Assembly (NCBI GenBank): GCA_964481655.1
Contig: CAYZVO010000004.1
Coordinates: 1,702-65,701, forward strand
Source: an uncultured Enterobacterales bacterium
GTDB lineage: Bacteria; Myxococcota_A; UBA796; JAFGLY01
Direction of reading: 5' to 3'
DNA length: 64,000 nucleotides
The notes under the pieces are model-generated. The model saw only the letters and a list, made by a program, of their open reading frames with translations, was not told where the DNA came from and did no database searches. Shown in pieces: positions 20,619-28,949 of the stretch (the first letter of the stretch is position 1; each line of letters opens with the position of its first letter). Position numbers and translations under genes: made by a program.

Positions 20619-20787
20619 AGCTATCAGCCGTCAGCTGTCAGCTATCAGCTCCGTTTCGCCAGCCGCAGCGCCCCTGGTGAGCCAGCGGCGTTGCGCCCCG
20701 TGGGCGTCGATCGGCTCGCGACGTCACTGGCCCACCGCCGGCGCGTCCGCCCGGCGTGACGAGGCTGACGGCTGACAGCTGACAGCT
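20619..20787. repeat. family A element: heptamer inverted-repeat arms flanking a ~110-bp conserved core
   Basis: Left arm AGCTATC AGCCGTC AGCTGTC AGCTATC AGCT. Right arm GCTGACG GCTGACA GCTGACA GCT. The core is homologous to the reverse complement of 36371-36482. Confidence 0.85.
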
Positions 20788-20789
20788 CC

Positions 20790-21584
20790 TCACTCCATCG
20801 CCAGCTTGGCTTCGTCGCCCTCGAAGGTGGCGCCGACCCAGTCCATGGGGGAGCTGGGGAGCTTGCGCACGAGGCGGGGGATGGTGCGCATGACCAGGCG
20901 CCGGTTGGCCTGGCTGTCGGCCTGCAGCTCGGGCTGGTGGGCGATGAAGCGCTCGCAGGCCTCGAGCTGGGCGGCGGTGGTCAGCGCGGTGGCCGCGAAG
21001 GCGCGATCCGAGGCGTCCAGCTCGATGTCGTCGATGCTGTCACGGAGCGGCTGCTCGGGGACCTCCACCGGCCGGAACAGCCGCGCCTCGACCCGGCCGA
21101 CGACCCGCGCCGCCCGGGGCTCGGTGGCCTCGAGGGTCAGGCGGTGGACCACCACGGCATGCCGCTGCCGGAACAGCCCATCCACGAAGATGGGCAGGTC
21201 GTAGTAGGCCCCCTCGACCTCGAGCTCGAGGGCGACCACCTGCACGAAGCCCTCCCGCTCGAGCAGCTCGAAGCGCACGGTGCCCAGGGCCACGTCCGAG
21301 GCCTCCGCCTGCATGCGGAGCAGCTGGGCCAGGTTCTCTTCTTCCCCAGGGAGCAGGGCCGGGCCGAGCTGGCCGCGGGCGGCGTTCAGCTGATCCGACA
21401 GCACGTCCGCGGCCCGGACCACGTCGATGGACTCCACCCGCTCCCGCAGGCTGGGCGGGGCCTCGGTGGGCTCGGGTGCGGCGGGCGCCAGCCACAGCGC
21501 CACGCCGCCCAGCGCCACGCAGACCGCGATCCCGGTCCAGATGAGGGGGGCGATGCGCGCGCGGGCGCTGCGGGGCGGGGCCAT
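20790..21584 (-). CDS. hypothetical membrane-anchored protein (PilO/GspM-like topology, weak)
   Basis: Single N-terminal TM helix IAPLIWTGIAVCVALGGVALWLA. High GC3. Starts 4 nt after the upstream lipoprotein gene. Confidence 0.5.
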   Translation of the reverse strand: MAPPRSARARIAPLIWTGIAVCVALGGVALWLAPAAPEPTEAPPSLRERVESIDVVRAADVLSDQLNAARGQLGPALLPGEEENLAQLLRMQAEASDVALGTVRFELLEREGFVQVVALELEVEGAYYDLPIFVDGLFRQRHAVVVHRLTLEATEPRAARVVGRVEARLFRPVEVPEQPLRDSIDDIELDASDRAFAATALTTAAQLEACERFIAHQPELQADSQANRRLVMRTIPRLVRKLPSSPMDWVGATFEGDEAKLAME

Positions 21585-21588
21585 GGGG

Positions 21589-22122
21589 CTAGTCGAGGTA
21601 GTAGGACGGCCCCGTGCTCATGACCCGGCCCTCGAGGATGTCGAGCACGTCCTCGAGGATCTGCCGCTCCTTGCGGGTGGAGCTGGGCACGTCCAGCCAC
21701 TCGTAGATGGCCCCCGTGAACTCGAGGTTGGCGGAGATGATGTCCTTCTCCACCTGCTCGTGGATCACCAGGCGCACCTCGACCCGTCCGGAGCGGTTGC
21801 GGATCTCCATCAAGACGCGGAAGCGGATCTTCTCGGGGATCCGCGTCCCCGCGAAGGTGTTGTAGACGTAGTCCGAGGTGCCGTGGACCCACTCGGTGGA
21901 GATCACGCCGCGCTCACGGTCGACCCGCGACACGGGGTAGCGGTCGCTCATCACCTGGAGCGAGGCGTCCCAGACGGACTGGAAGTCGGCGTTGAAGTTG
22001 CCGTAGACCGGACGCTCTTCGTAGGCCGGCAGCTTGTCTTCGGGGAACGGAGGCGGCACGCAGGCGACCGCGAGGAGCGTCCCCAGCAGGATGAGCTTGG
22101 TGAAGAGGCGGGCAGGGCGCAT
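21589..22122 (-). CDS. hypothetical lipoprotein
   Basis: Start trimmed to MRPARLFTKLILLGTLLAVAC (lipobox). Only the last 178 codons of the 1097-aa track ORF look coding. Confidence 0.6.
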   Translation of the reverse strand: MRPARLFTKLILLGTLLAVACVPPPFPEDKLPAYEERPVYGNFNADFQSVWDASLQVMSDRYPVSRVDRERGVISTEWVHGTSDYVYNTFAGTRIPEKIRFRVLMEIRNRSGRVEVRLVIHEQVEKDIISANLEFTGAIYEWLDVPSSTRKERQILEDVLDILEGRVMSTGPSYYLD

Positions 22123-22257
22123 GGAGACCTCGGCCGAGGTGAGCGGGAGCGCGACCCGCGGTCCAGACCAGGACTTGCGAGCCGACTCGAGTAGGAGAGA
22201 GGATAATGGAGGGCCCCGGTCGCGAGCAAGCGCCGAGCGCCACCCAACGGAGCACAC

Positions 22258-23088
22258 ATGGACATCCTGGTCGCCCTGGATGGCTCCCCCTGGAGCGACG
22301 CCGCCACCCGCACGGCCATCGAGCTGTGCCGGAACGCCCCCAGTCCACCGCGGCTCACGGCCATCCACGTGGTCAGCGTGGTGAAGCTCTCCGGCAAGCG
22401 CCTGCGCGATCTCGCGGGTTTCCTGGGGTTCGAGCCGGTCATCGTCCCGGAGAAGGTCGAGGCGTTCTACCAGCAGCGCGGCCGCGACATCCTCGACGCC
22501 TTCGCGCGCGCCTGCGAAGAGGCCGGCGTCCGGCACCGCGAGGTGCTGGAGCAGGGCAACGTGGTGGAGCGCCTGGTGCATCACGGTGACCAGGCCGACC
22601 TGGTGGTCATCGGCGCGCGGGGCGATCGGGAGATCGCCTGGCCCGGCATGGGGGGCACCACAGCCGAGCGCGTGGTCAAGCACCTCGAGACCCGCGCGCT
22701 GGTCATCCCCAAAGATCAGGGACCGCTCACGGGCATCCTGCTGAGCTACGACGGCAGCGCGGGCTCCGCCAAGGCCCTGCGCGCCACCCGCCACCTGCTC
22801 GAGTTCATCTCGCTGCCGGTGCACGCGGTGCACGTGGCCCACGGCGCCCTCGACCGGGATCCCCTGGTCGAGGTCGCGGCCCACCTCGAGGGCCTGAACG
22901 TGGAGCTCCACCTCCACCACCTGCGCGGCGAACCCCACGAGGCCCTGGTGGCGGCCGCGAGCGACCACGGCTGCAACCTGATCGCCCTGGGGTACCGCAA
23001 GCGGAGCATCATCGGGGATGTGTTCCTGGGACGGGTCACAGAGTGGCTGCTGCGCTATGTCCCCGTGGCCTTGCTCGTCTCCCGCTAG
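22258..23088 (+). CDS. universal stress protein, tandem UspA domains
   Basis: MDILVALDGSPWS ... LVVIGARG and a second unit ILLSYDGSAGS ... LIALGYRKRS. Confidence 0.8.
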   Translation: MDILVALDGSPWSDAATRTAIELCRNAPSPPRLTAIHVVSVVKLSGKRLRDLAGFLGFEPVIVPEKVEAFYQQRGRDILDAFARACEEAGVRHREVLEQGNVVERLVHHGDQADLVVIGARGDREIAWPGMGGTTAERVVKHLETRALVIPKDQGPLTGILLSYDGSAGSAKALRATRHLLEFISLPVHAVHVAHGALDRDPLVEVAAHLEGLNVELHLHHLRGEPHEALVAAASDHGCNLIALGYRKRSIIGDVFLGRVTEWLLRYVPVALLVSR

Positions 23089-23094
23089 CGCACC

Positions 23095-23349
23095 ATGAAC
23101 GCCCCCCGCTTCACCCGCATCATCGACCGCATCGCCCTGGTGGGACACCCCGCCGGCGAGGCCCTCGGCGAGTGGCTGCTGCGCTCCGCGAGCCGGAGCA
23201 TGGGCCGTGTCGTGGGGCGCGCCTCGACCTTGATCGCCCCCTGCTTCCCCCTGCAACGGCTGGGAGAGGCCTTCGACGAGGGCCTGGACGAGTCCCGCTG
23301 TGCCCCGGCCCCACGGGGACGGGTGCTCCACTTCCCCGACCGCGACTGA
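23095..23349 (+). CDS. small hypothetical protein (84 aa)
   Basis: G/C-rich third positions. Tightly packed between usp (6 nt) and the helicase gene (12 nt). No recognisable motif. Confidence 0.4.
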   Translation: MNAPRFTRIIDRIALVGHPAGEALGEWLLRSASRSMGRVVGRASTLIAPCFPLQRLGEAFDEGLDESRCAPAPRGRVLHFPDRD

Positions 23350-23361
23350 GCCGGAGCGTCG

Positions 23362-25890
23362 GTGCCCCCCACGCCCCCGGCACGCTTCCTCCCGCGGCCC
23401 GCGGAGGTGATGCGCGACGCCATCGCCGAAGCCGGCGGGATCGAGGTGTTCGCCATCGGCAACACCGACGGCTCGGGGCGGGTGAAGGACCTCGAGATCC
23501 ACGCCCGGGGCAACCAGCACGCCGTGACCGCGCTGTTCGAGCGCGTGCGGCCGGGCCAGGTGGTCATCCACAACCACCCCTCGGGCGTCCTGCAGGCCTC
23601 CGACGCCGACCTCAACCTCGCCGGGCACTACGGCGAGCAGGGCGTGGGCCTGGTGATCGTGGACAACGATGTGAGCCGAGAGCTGTGGGTGGTCGAGCCC
23701 CACCACCGCGAGGCCACCCCGGTGGACCAGGGCGCCGTGGAGGCCTTCTTCGAGCACGGCATGCACCAGGCCATCGCCGACTGCGAGATCCGCCCGGGCC
23801 AGCTCGAGATGGCGCGGGAGGTCGCGACGCGCCTGAACGAGGGTGGCATCCTGGCGGCCGAGGCGGGCACGGGCACCGGCAAGTCCCTGGCCTACCTGGT
23901 GCCCGCGGTGCTGTGGGCCACCGCCAACGACGAGCGGGTGGTGGTCTCCACCTACACCAAGGCCCTGCAGGACCAGCTGGCCAGCAGCGACATCCCTCTG
24001 GCTCAGGCCGGTGGGCTGCAGTTCGAGTGGGCCATGGTCAAGGGACGGGGCAACTACCTGTGCCGCCGCAAGCTCCAGGACGCCGTGCAAGAGGCCGCCA
24101 GCGGCGGCGACGACGACCCCGAGACCGCCCAGCTGAAGCGCGTCGCGGCCTGGGCCGAGGTCAGCCCCGAGGGTGACCGCGCCGACCTGACCTTCCCCAT
24201 CCCCGGGGAGCTGTGGGAGGCGGTGGCCTCGGATCGCAACCAATGCCTCGCGGCGCGCTGCCCCCACTTCGAGCGCTGCTTCTACTTCGAGGCCCGCCGA
24301 CGGGCCGCCGGAGCCCACCTGGTGATCGTCAACCACAGCCTGCTGCTGGCCGACCTGGCCATCAAGCGCGACGCGGGCGGCCGAGGCGTGCTGCCCTCCT
24401 ACGGGCGGGTGATCATGGACGAGGCCCACCACGCCGAGCAGGCGGCGACCTCGGCGGGCACCACCCGGGTCACGGCCCTCGCCATCCAGCGCGCCGTGGC
24501 GCCGCTGCTGGGCAGCAAGCGCAAACGACGCGGGGCCCTCGCCCGGCTCGCGGCCCGCTGGGGTGGTGTGGCCAACGAGGACGCCGGCCTGCGCGACGCC
24601 ATCGCCGCGGACTGCGAGGCCGTGGAGCACCTGGCCCGGGAGCTGCGCACCGCGGCCCCCTCCTGGCTGGAGGAGCTCGCCTTCGCCACCGAGCTGGACG
24701 GCCAGCCCATCGCGCTGGACATCCCCGCCGAGCGGCCCCCGCCCGCCGAGCACATCGACTGGGACGAGCCCCCGCCCCAGCCCGTCCCACAGGAGCTCCC
24801 GGGCCCATGGAAGGAGTCCCTGGGCCTGCTGGTGGAGCGCACCGCCGAGACCGCGCGCACCATCGGCAAGCTCGAGAAGCACTTCCTGGACCTCGAGGTC
24901 GCCTCAGACGAGCAGCAGCCCCTGTTGGACCTGCGCCAGGCCCGGCTGCGGCTGGCCTCCCAGGCCGCGGGAGCGCGTGCAGCCCTCGAGCACAGCCCGG
25001 ACTTCTGCCGCTGGGTGGAGCCCGACGGCCGGCGCATGCGCGCGGTGGTGTGCCGGGCCCCCATCGACGTAGGCCCCTTCCTCGCCTCCGCGCTCTACCC
25101 CTCGGCCCGCACCCTGGTGCTCACCTCGGCCACCCTGGCGGTGCGCAACTCCTTCGTGTTCACGCTCTCCAGGCTGGGCCTCGACCCGCCAGGCCCCGAC
25201 GTGCCCCCGGTGGAGCAGCGGCGCTGGACCTCGCCCTTCGACTTCGCCTCCCAGGTGCTGCTCGGCCTGCCCCGGGACCTGCCCCCGCCGGGCCACCCGC
25301 AGCACGACGACGCGGCGGCGCGGGTGATCGTCCAGTCCCTCGAGCACGCCGGCGGCGGTGCCTTCGTGCTGTGCACCAGCTTCGCCCAGATCCGCAGCCT
25401 CGGCGATCGGGTCGAGGCCGCGCTGGGCCAGCGCTTCACCATCCTGCGCCAGGGCGAAGGCGGCCGCTCCCAGCTGCTCGCCCGCTTCCGCCAGGACCCC
25501 GACAGCGTGCTGTTCGGCACCGACTCGTTCTGGGAGGGTGTGAGCGTCAAGGGCGACGCCCTGCGCCTGGTGATCATCCCCAAGCTGCCCTTCGGCGTCC
25601 CCACCGAGCCCATCACCGTGGCCCGCCACGCCCGCATGCGCGGCGTGGGGGTGGACCCCTTCAAGGCCGACACGCTGCCCCGGGCCGTGCTGCGGCTGCG
25701 CCAGGGCTTCGGCCGGCTGATCCGGGGCCACACCGACCGGGGCGTCGTGCTGATCCTGGACCGGCGGCTGCACGATCGCTGGTATGGCCGCCAGTTCCTG
25801 GCCAGCCTGCCCGCGGCCGCCCGGGCCACCGGCCCAGCCCAGCACGTGCTGCAGCGAGTCCAGCGCTTCTACCAGGCCCAGGACGCGTGA
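23362..25890 (+). CDS. dinG: JAMM/JAB-domain fused to DinG/XPD-family Fe-S ATP-dependent DNA helicase
   Basis: N-terminal VVIHNHPSGVLQASDAD matches the JAMM H-x-H-x7-S-x2-D motif. AEAGTGTGKSLAYLVPA (Walker A), four Cys (YLCRRK, QCLAARCPHFERCFY) for a 4Fe-4S cluster, VIMDEAHH (DEAH box). C-terminal helicase_C2-like VLCTSF...GTDSFWEGVS. GTG start at 23362 (alternative ATG 23410). Confidence 0.8.
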   Translation: MPPTPPARFLPRPAEVMRDAIAEAGGIEVFAIGNTDGSGRVKDLEIHARGNQHAVTALFERVRPGQVVIHNHPSGVLQASDADLNLAGHYGEQGVGLVIVDNDVSRELWVVEPHHREATPVDQGAVEAFFEHGMHQAIADCEIRPGQLEMAREVATRLNEGGILAAEAGTGTGKSLAYLVPAVLWATANDERVVVSTYTKALQDQLASSDIPLAQAGGLQFEWAMVKGRGNYLCRRKLQDAVQEAASGGDDDPETAQLKRVAAWAEVSPEGDRADLTFPIPGELWEAVASDRNQCLAARCPHFERCFYFEARRRAAGAHLVIVNHSLLLADLAIKRDAGGRGVLPSYGRVIMDEAHHAEQAATSAGTTRVTALAIQRAVAPLLGSKRKRRGALARLAARWGGVANEDAGLRDAIAADCEAVEHLARELRTAAPSWLEELAFATELDGQPIALDIPAERPPPAEHIDWDEPPPQPVPQELPGPWKESLGLLVERTAETARTIGKLEKHFLDLEVASDEQQPLLDLRQARLRLASQAAGARAALEHSPDFCRWVEPDGRRMRAVVCRAPIDVGPFLASALYPSARTLVLTSATLAVRNSFVFTLSRLGLDPPGPDVPPVEQRRWTSPFDFASQVLLGLPRDLPPPGHPQHDDAAARVIVQSLEHAGGGAFVLCTSFAQIRSLGDRVEAALGQRFTILRQGEGGRSQLLARFRQDPDSVLFGTDSFWEGVSVKGDALRLVIIPKLPFGVPTEPITVARHARMRGVGVDPFKADTLPRAVLRLRQGFGRLIRGHTDRGVVLILDRRLHDRWYGRQFLASLPAAARATGPAQHVLQRVQRFYQAQDA

Positions 25891-25925
25891 TAGAACGGGC
25901 TGTCCCCCCATCGAGCGAGGTTCCC

Positions 25926-26411
25926 ATGGCCAGCCACAAGCGCGACGACGAGACCACCGAGCGCGGCGAGGGTGACGGTCGGCGTGAGCGCCACGAGGGT
26001 CGCCTGAGGGACTTCGCCCGGCGCATCCTGGCCGAGCGCCCGCCCCGGGAGCGCGACCCCGACGACGACGTCGAGCGCGAGGGCTACGTGCCCCTCGAGG
26101 TCGCCAAGGACGCCATGGCCTCCATCCTCGAGACCGGCGATCGCGCCAAGACCGAGATGGTCCGCATGGTGGCCCGCGAGGTGCGCCACTACCTGGACGA
26201 GCTGCAGCTGGTCGAAGGCCTGGAGCACATGCTCCGCAACTACACCCTCGAGGTCCACGCGAGCCTGAGCCTCGAGCCCAAGGACGAGCGAGACCCGGAC
26301 GATCCGCCGGTCACCGTCGAGGCCAAGCCCAAGCGCAAGGCGAAGAAGGACGAGGACGAGGGGGAGGACGAGGTGGTCGACGCAGAGGTCGAGGAGCCCC
26401 AGGAGGACTGA
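25926..26411 (+). CDS. hypothetical highly charged protein (161 aa)
   Basis: Start at ATG 25926 (MASHKRDDETTERGE...). Central helical segment, acidic/Lys-rich tail. High GC3. Confidence 0.5.
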   Translation: MASHKRDDETTERGEGDGRRERHEGRLRDFARRILAERPPRERDPDDDVEREGYVPLEVAKDAMASILETGDRAKTEMVRMVAREVRHYLDELQLVEGLEHMLRNYTLEVHASLSLEPKDERDPDDPPVTVEAKPKRKAKKDEDEGEDEVVDAEVEEPQED

Positions 26412-26492
26412 GGAAGGTCGGGGGAGGCGAGAGGCGAGAGGCGAGTCGCGACCTACGACCGACGACACACGACTCGCGACCCACCTACGACC
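26412..26492. repeat. family B heptad-periodic palindromic element (short copy)
   Basis: GGCGAGA GGCGAGA GGCGAGT CGCGACC TACGACC GACGACA CACGACT CGCGACC. GCGAGTCG pairs with CGACTCGC. It fills the gap between stops 26411 and 26493. Confidence 0.8.
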
Positions 26493-27413
26493 TCACTCAT
26501 CCACCTTCGCAGGCTTGAGCCGCACCAGCACGCCATCCTCCCGCGCCAGCTTGCGCAGGGCGAGCATGTCGATCTCCGAGAGGTTGTTCAGGATCCCCTC
26601 GACCTGGCCGGTGCTGCCGTCGAGCTTGGCCACCAGCTCCCGGGCCTCGCCCATGGCGAGGGAGGCCTCGTCCACCAGACCCGGGGCCTGCTCGGCGGCG
26701 TCGGCCAGGGAGCCCGCGGCGCGCTCGAGCTCGCCCAGCAGGGTGTCGCCCCGCGCCAGCATGGGCTCGAGCTCGGCTGAGACCCGGCGCAGATCGGCGA
26801 CAGCCTGGCGGCCCTCGGTGACCAGGGCCGGGGCCTGCTCGCTGGCGACGCGCAGGTTGTGGAGCATGGCCTCGGTGTCGGCCAGCATACGCTCCACGCG
26901 CTCTGGGTCCTCGGCCAGGGCGTCGGACAGCACGCCCATCAGCTCAGCCATCTGCTCGGCGTCCATGGCGGCCACCAGGGGCCCCATGCCGTTGACCATC
27001 TCGTCGATCTCCATCTGGCCTTCGGTGACGACGATCCGGTCGCCTTCCGCCAGCAGAGTGCCCTTCGAGGGACCCGGCAGCAGCTGCACGTACTTCTCAC
27101 CCAGCACCGAGCGGGCGCGGATGGCGGCCCGGGTGTCCCGGGGGACCTGCAGCTCCTCGTCGATCAGCAGCTCCATCCAGGCCTGGTTGTCCTGGACCCA
27201 GATGCGCTCGACGGAGCCCACGTCCACGCCGGCCACCGAGACCACGGCGCCCTCGACCACGCCGCCGGCGTTGTCGAACACGGCCTGGACCCGGTAGGTG
27301 CCCGCCTGCATCCGGAAGGCCCCGACCTGGACCGCCAGGTAGGCCAGGATGAGCAAGGCCACCAACAGCAGCACGCCCACGGCGAGCTCGTGCTTGCGGT
27401 TGCGGGCGCTCAC
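26493..27413 (-). CDS. mlaD: MlaD/MCE-domain substrate-binding protein with long helical C-terminal extension
   Basis: GTG start at 27413 overlapping the mlaF stop (GTGA). N-terminal TM helix ELAVGVLLLVALLILAYLAV. MCE core YRVQAVFDNAGGVVEGAVVSVAGVDVGSV. Confidence 0.8.
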   Translation of the reverse strand: MSARNRKHELAVGVLLLVALLILAYLAVQVGAFRMQAGTYRVQAVFDNAGGVVEGAVVSVAGVDVGSVERIWVQDNQAWMELLIDEELQVPRDTRAAIRARSVLGEKYVQLLPGPSKGTLLAEGDRIVVTEGQMEIDEMVNGMGPLVAAMDAEQMAELMGVLSDALAEDPERVERMLADTEAMLHNLRVASEQAPALVTEGRQAVADLRRVSAELEPMLARGDTLLGELERAAGSLADAAEQAPGLVDEASLAMGEARELVAKLDGSTGQVEGILNNLSEIDMLALRKLAREDGVLVRLKPAKVDE

Positions 27414-28216
27414 GAGCCGGCCCTCGCGCCCGGGGCCGTGAGGCCCGCGAGCCAGGCGGTGTCGAGGTTGCGGCGCAGGAAGTTCTTCACGATCGGGTCG
27501 GTGGAGGCGAGCACCTGGCGGGTGGGCCCGAACTCCACGAGGCGGCCCTCGTATAGCATCCCGATGTGGTCCGCGACCTTGACCGTCCCGACGATGTCGT
27601 GGCTGATGACCACGAAGGTGATGCCCAGGCGGCGCTTCATGTCGATGATCAGCTGGTCGATGGCCTCGGAGGTCAGCGGATCGAGCCCGGAGTTGGGCTC
27701 GTCGAAGAGGATGATCTCGGGCTCCATGACGATGGCCCGCGCCAGCCCCACCCGCTTGCGCTGCCCCCCAGACAGCGAGGCGATGCCGCGACCGGAGAAG
27801 CCCGGCAGCCCCACCCACTCCAGCTTCTCGTCCACCAGGCGCTGGCGCTCGGTGGGGCCCAGAGCCTTGCGGTGGTGCTCGAGGGGGAAGCCGACGTTCT
27901 GCCCGACGGTCAACGAGTCGAACAGGGCGCCGTCCTGGAAGAGCATCCCCATGCGCCGCCGCAGGGCGTAGAGCTGGCGCTCCGAGGCGGCGGCCACGTC
28001 CTGGCCGAAGACCCGCACGGCGCCGCGGTCCGGCCGCAGCAGGCCGATGATGTGCTTGAGCAGCACCGACTTGCCCGTGCCGGACGCCCCGATGATGGCG
28101 GTGGTCTCGCCCGCGGGGATGCCGAGGCTGATGTCGTGGAGCACCTGGGTCTCGCCGAAGGACTTGTAGACGCCCTCCAGCTCGATCACGGGCGCAGGCG
28201 CGCTGGCCCTATCCAT
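27410..28216 (-). CDS. mlaF: ABC transporter ATP-binding protein, MlaF type
   Basis: GASGTGKSVLLKHI (Walker A), LSGGQRKRVGLARAI (signature), ILFDEPNSGLD (Walker B). Confidence 0.9.
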   Translation of the reverse strand: MDRASAPAPVIELEGVYKSFGETQVLHDISLGIPAGETTAIIGASGTGKSVLLKHIIGLLRPDRGAVRVFGQDVAAASERQLYALRRRMGMLFQDGALFDSLTVGQNVGFPLEHHRKALGPTERQRLVDEKLEWVGLPGFSGRGIASLSGGQRKRVGLARAIVMEPEIILFDEPNSGLDPLTSEAIDQLIIDMKRRLGITFVVISHDIVGTVKVADHIGMLYEGRLVEFGPTRQVLASTDPIVKNFLRRNLDTAWLAGLTAPGARAGS

Positions 28217-28949
28217 AGAACAGCTCCGACATGAAGTAGTTGAGGAAGACCACCACCACGCTCACGGTGACCACGGCGCCGTTGGTGGCCTTGCCCACAC
28301 CCTCGGGGCCGCGGCCGGCCTCGAAGCCGAAGAAGCAGGCCACCAGCGCGATGATGATCCCGAACACCAGGCCCTTGGTCATGCAGTACAGGAAGTCCAC
28401 GCCCTGGATGCCCTCGCGGGCGAACTCGAGGAAGACCGCGCCGTTGAGGCCCAGCTGCCAGATGGTGACCAGGTAGGCGCTGCACAGCGTGGCGAAGATC
28501 GCGACGATGGTCAGGGCCGGCAGCACGAGCACGATGCCCGCCAGCCGCGGCAGGATCAGGTACCACATGGGGTTGACCGCCATGGCCTCGAGGGCGTCGA
28601 TCTGCTCGCGGATGCGCATGACCGCGATGTGGGAGGCCATCTCGGTGCCGGCCTTGGCGGCGATCATGGCCGCGGCGATGACCGGCGCCATCTCGCGGAT
28701 CCCGGCGGTGGAGACGAACATGCCCACCAGCCGCGAGCCGCCGAGGGGCGCGAAGGCGTTGTAGCCCTGCAGGGCCAGGTTGGTGCCCACGAAGGCCGAG
28801 ATGATCAGCAGCACCGGCAGGCTCTTGACCCCGATCCGGTAGGCCTCGGCCATCACCATGCCGGGGGGAGGCGGACGCCGCCACGACGCCCGCGCGAAGG
28901 CTCCCAGGAAGAGCCCGAAGCGGCCGATGCCGGTGATGAAGGCGATCAT
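28209..28949 (-). CDS. mlaE: MlaE/YrbE-family ABC permease (copy 2)
   Basis: Start trimmed to MIAFITGIG (ATG 28949, ATGA overlap with the upstream gene). MRIREQIDALEAMAVNP and C-terminal GPEGVGKATNGAVV are typical of MlaE. Confidence 0.8.
   Translation of the reverse strand: MIAFITGIGRFGLFLGAFARASWRRPPPPGMVMAEAYRIGVKSLPVLLIISAFVGTNLALQGYNAFAPLGGSRLVGMFVSTAGIREMAPVIAAAMIAAKAGTEMASHIAVMRIREQIDALEAMAVNPMWYLILPRLAGIVLVLPALTIVAIFATLCSAYLVTIWQLGLNGAVFLEFAREGIQGVDFLYCMTKGLVFGIIIALVACFFGFEAGRGPEGVGKATNGAVVTVSVVVVFLNYFMSELFYG

Noticed and set aside
22123-24882. The upstream ~920 codons of track ORF 21589-24882.
   Set aside because: They are antisense to usp and the JAB-DinG gene. Only the last 178 codons, starting with a lipoprotein signal, look coding.
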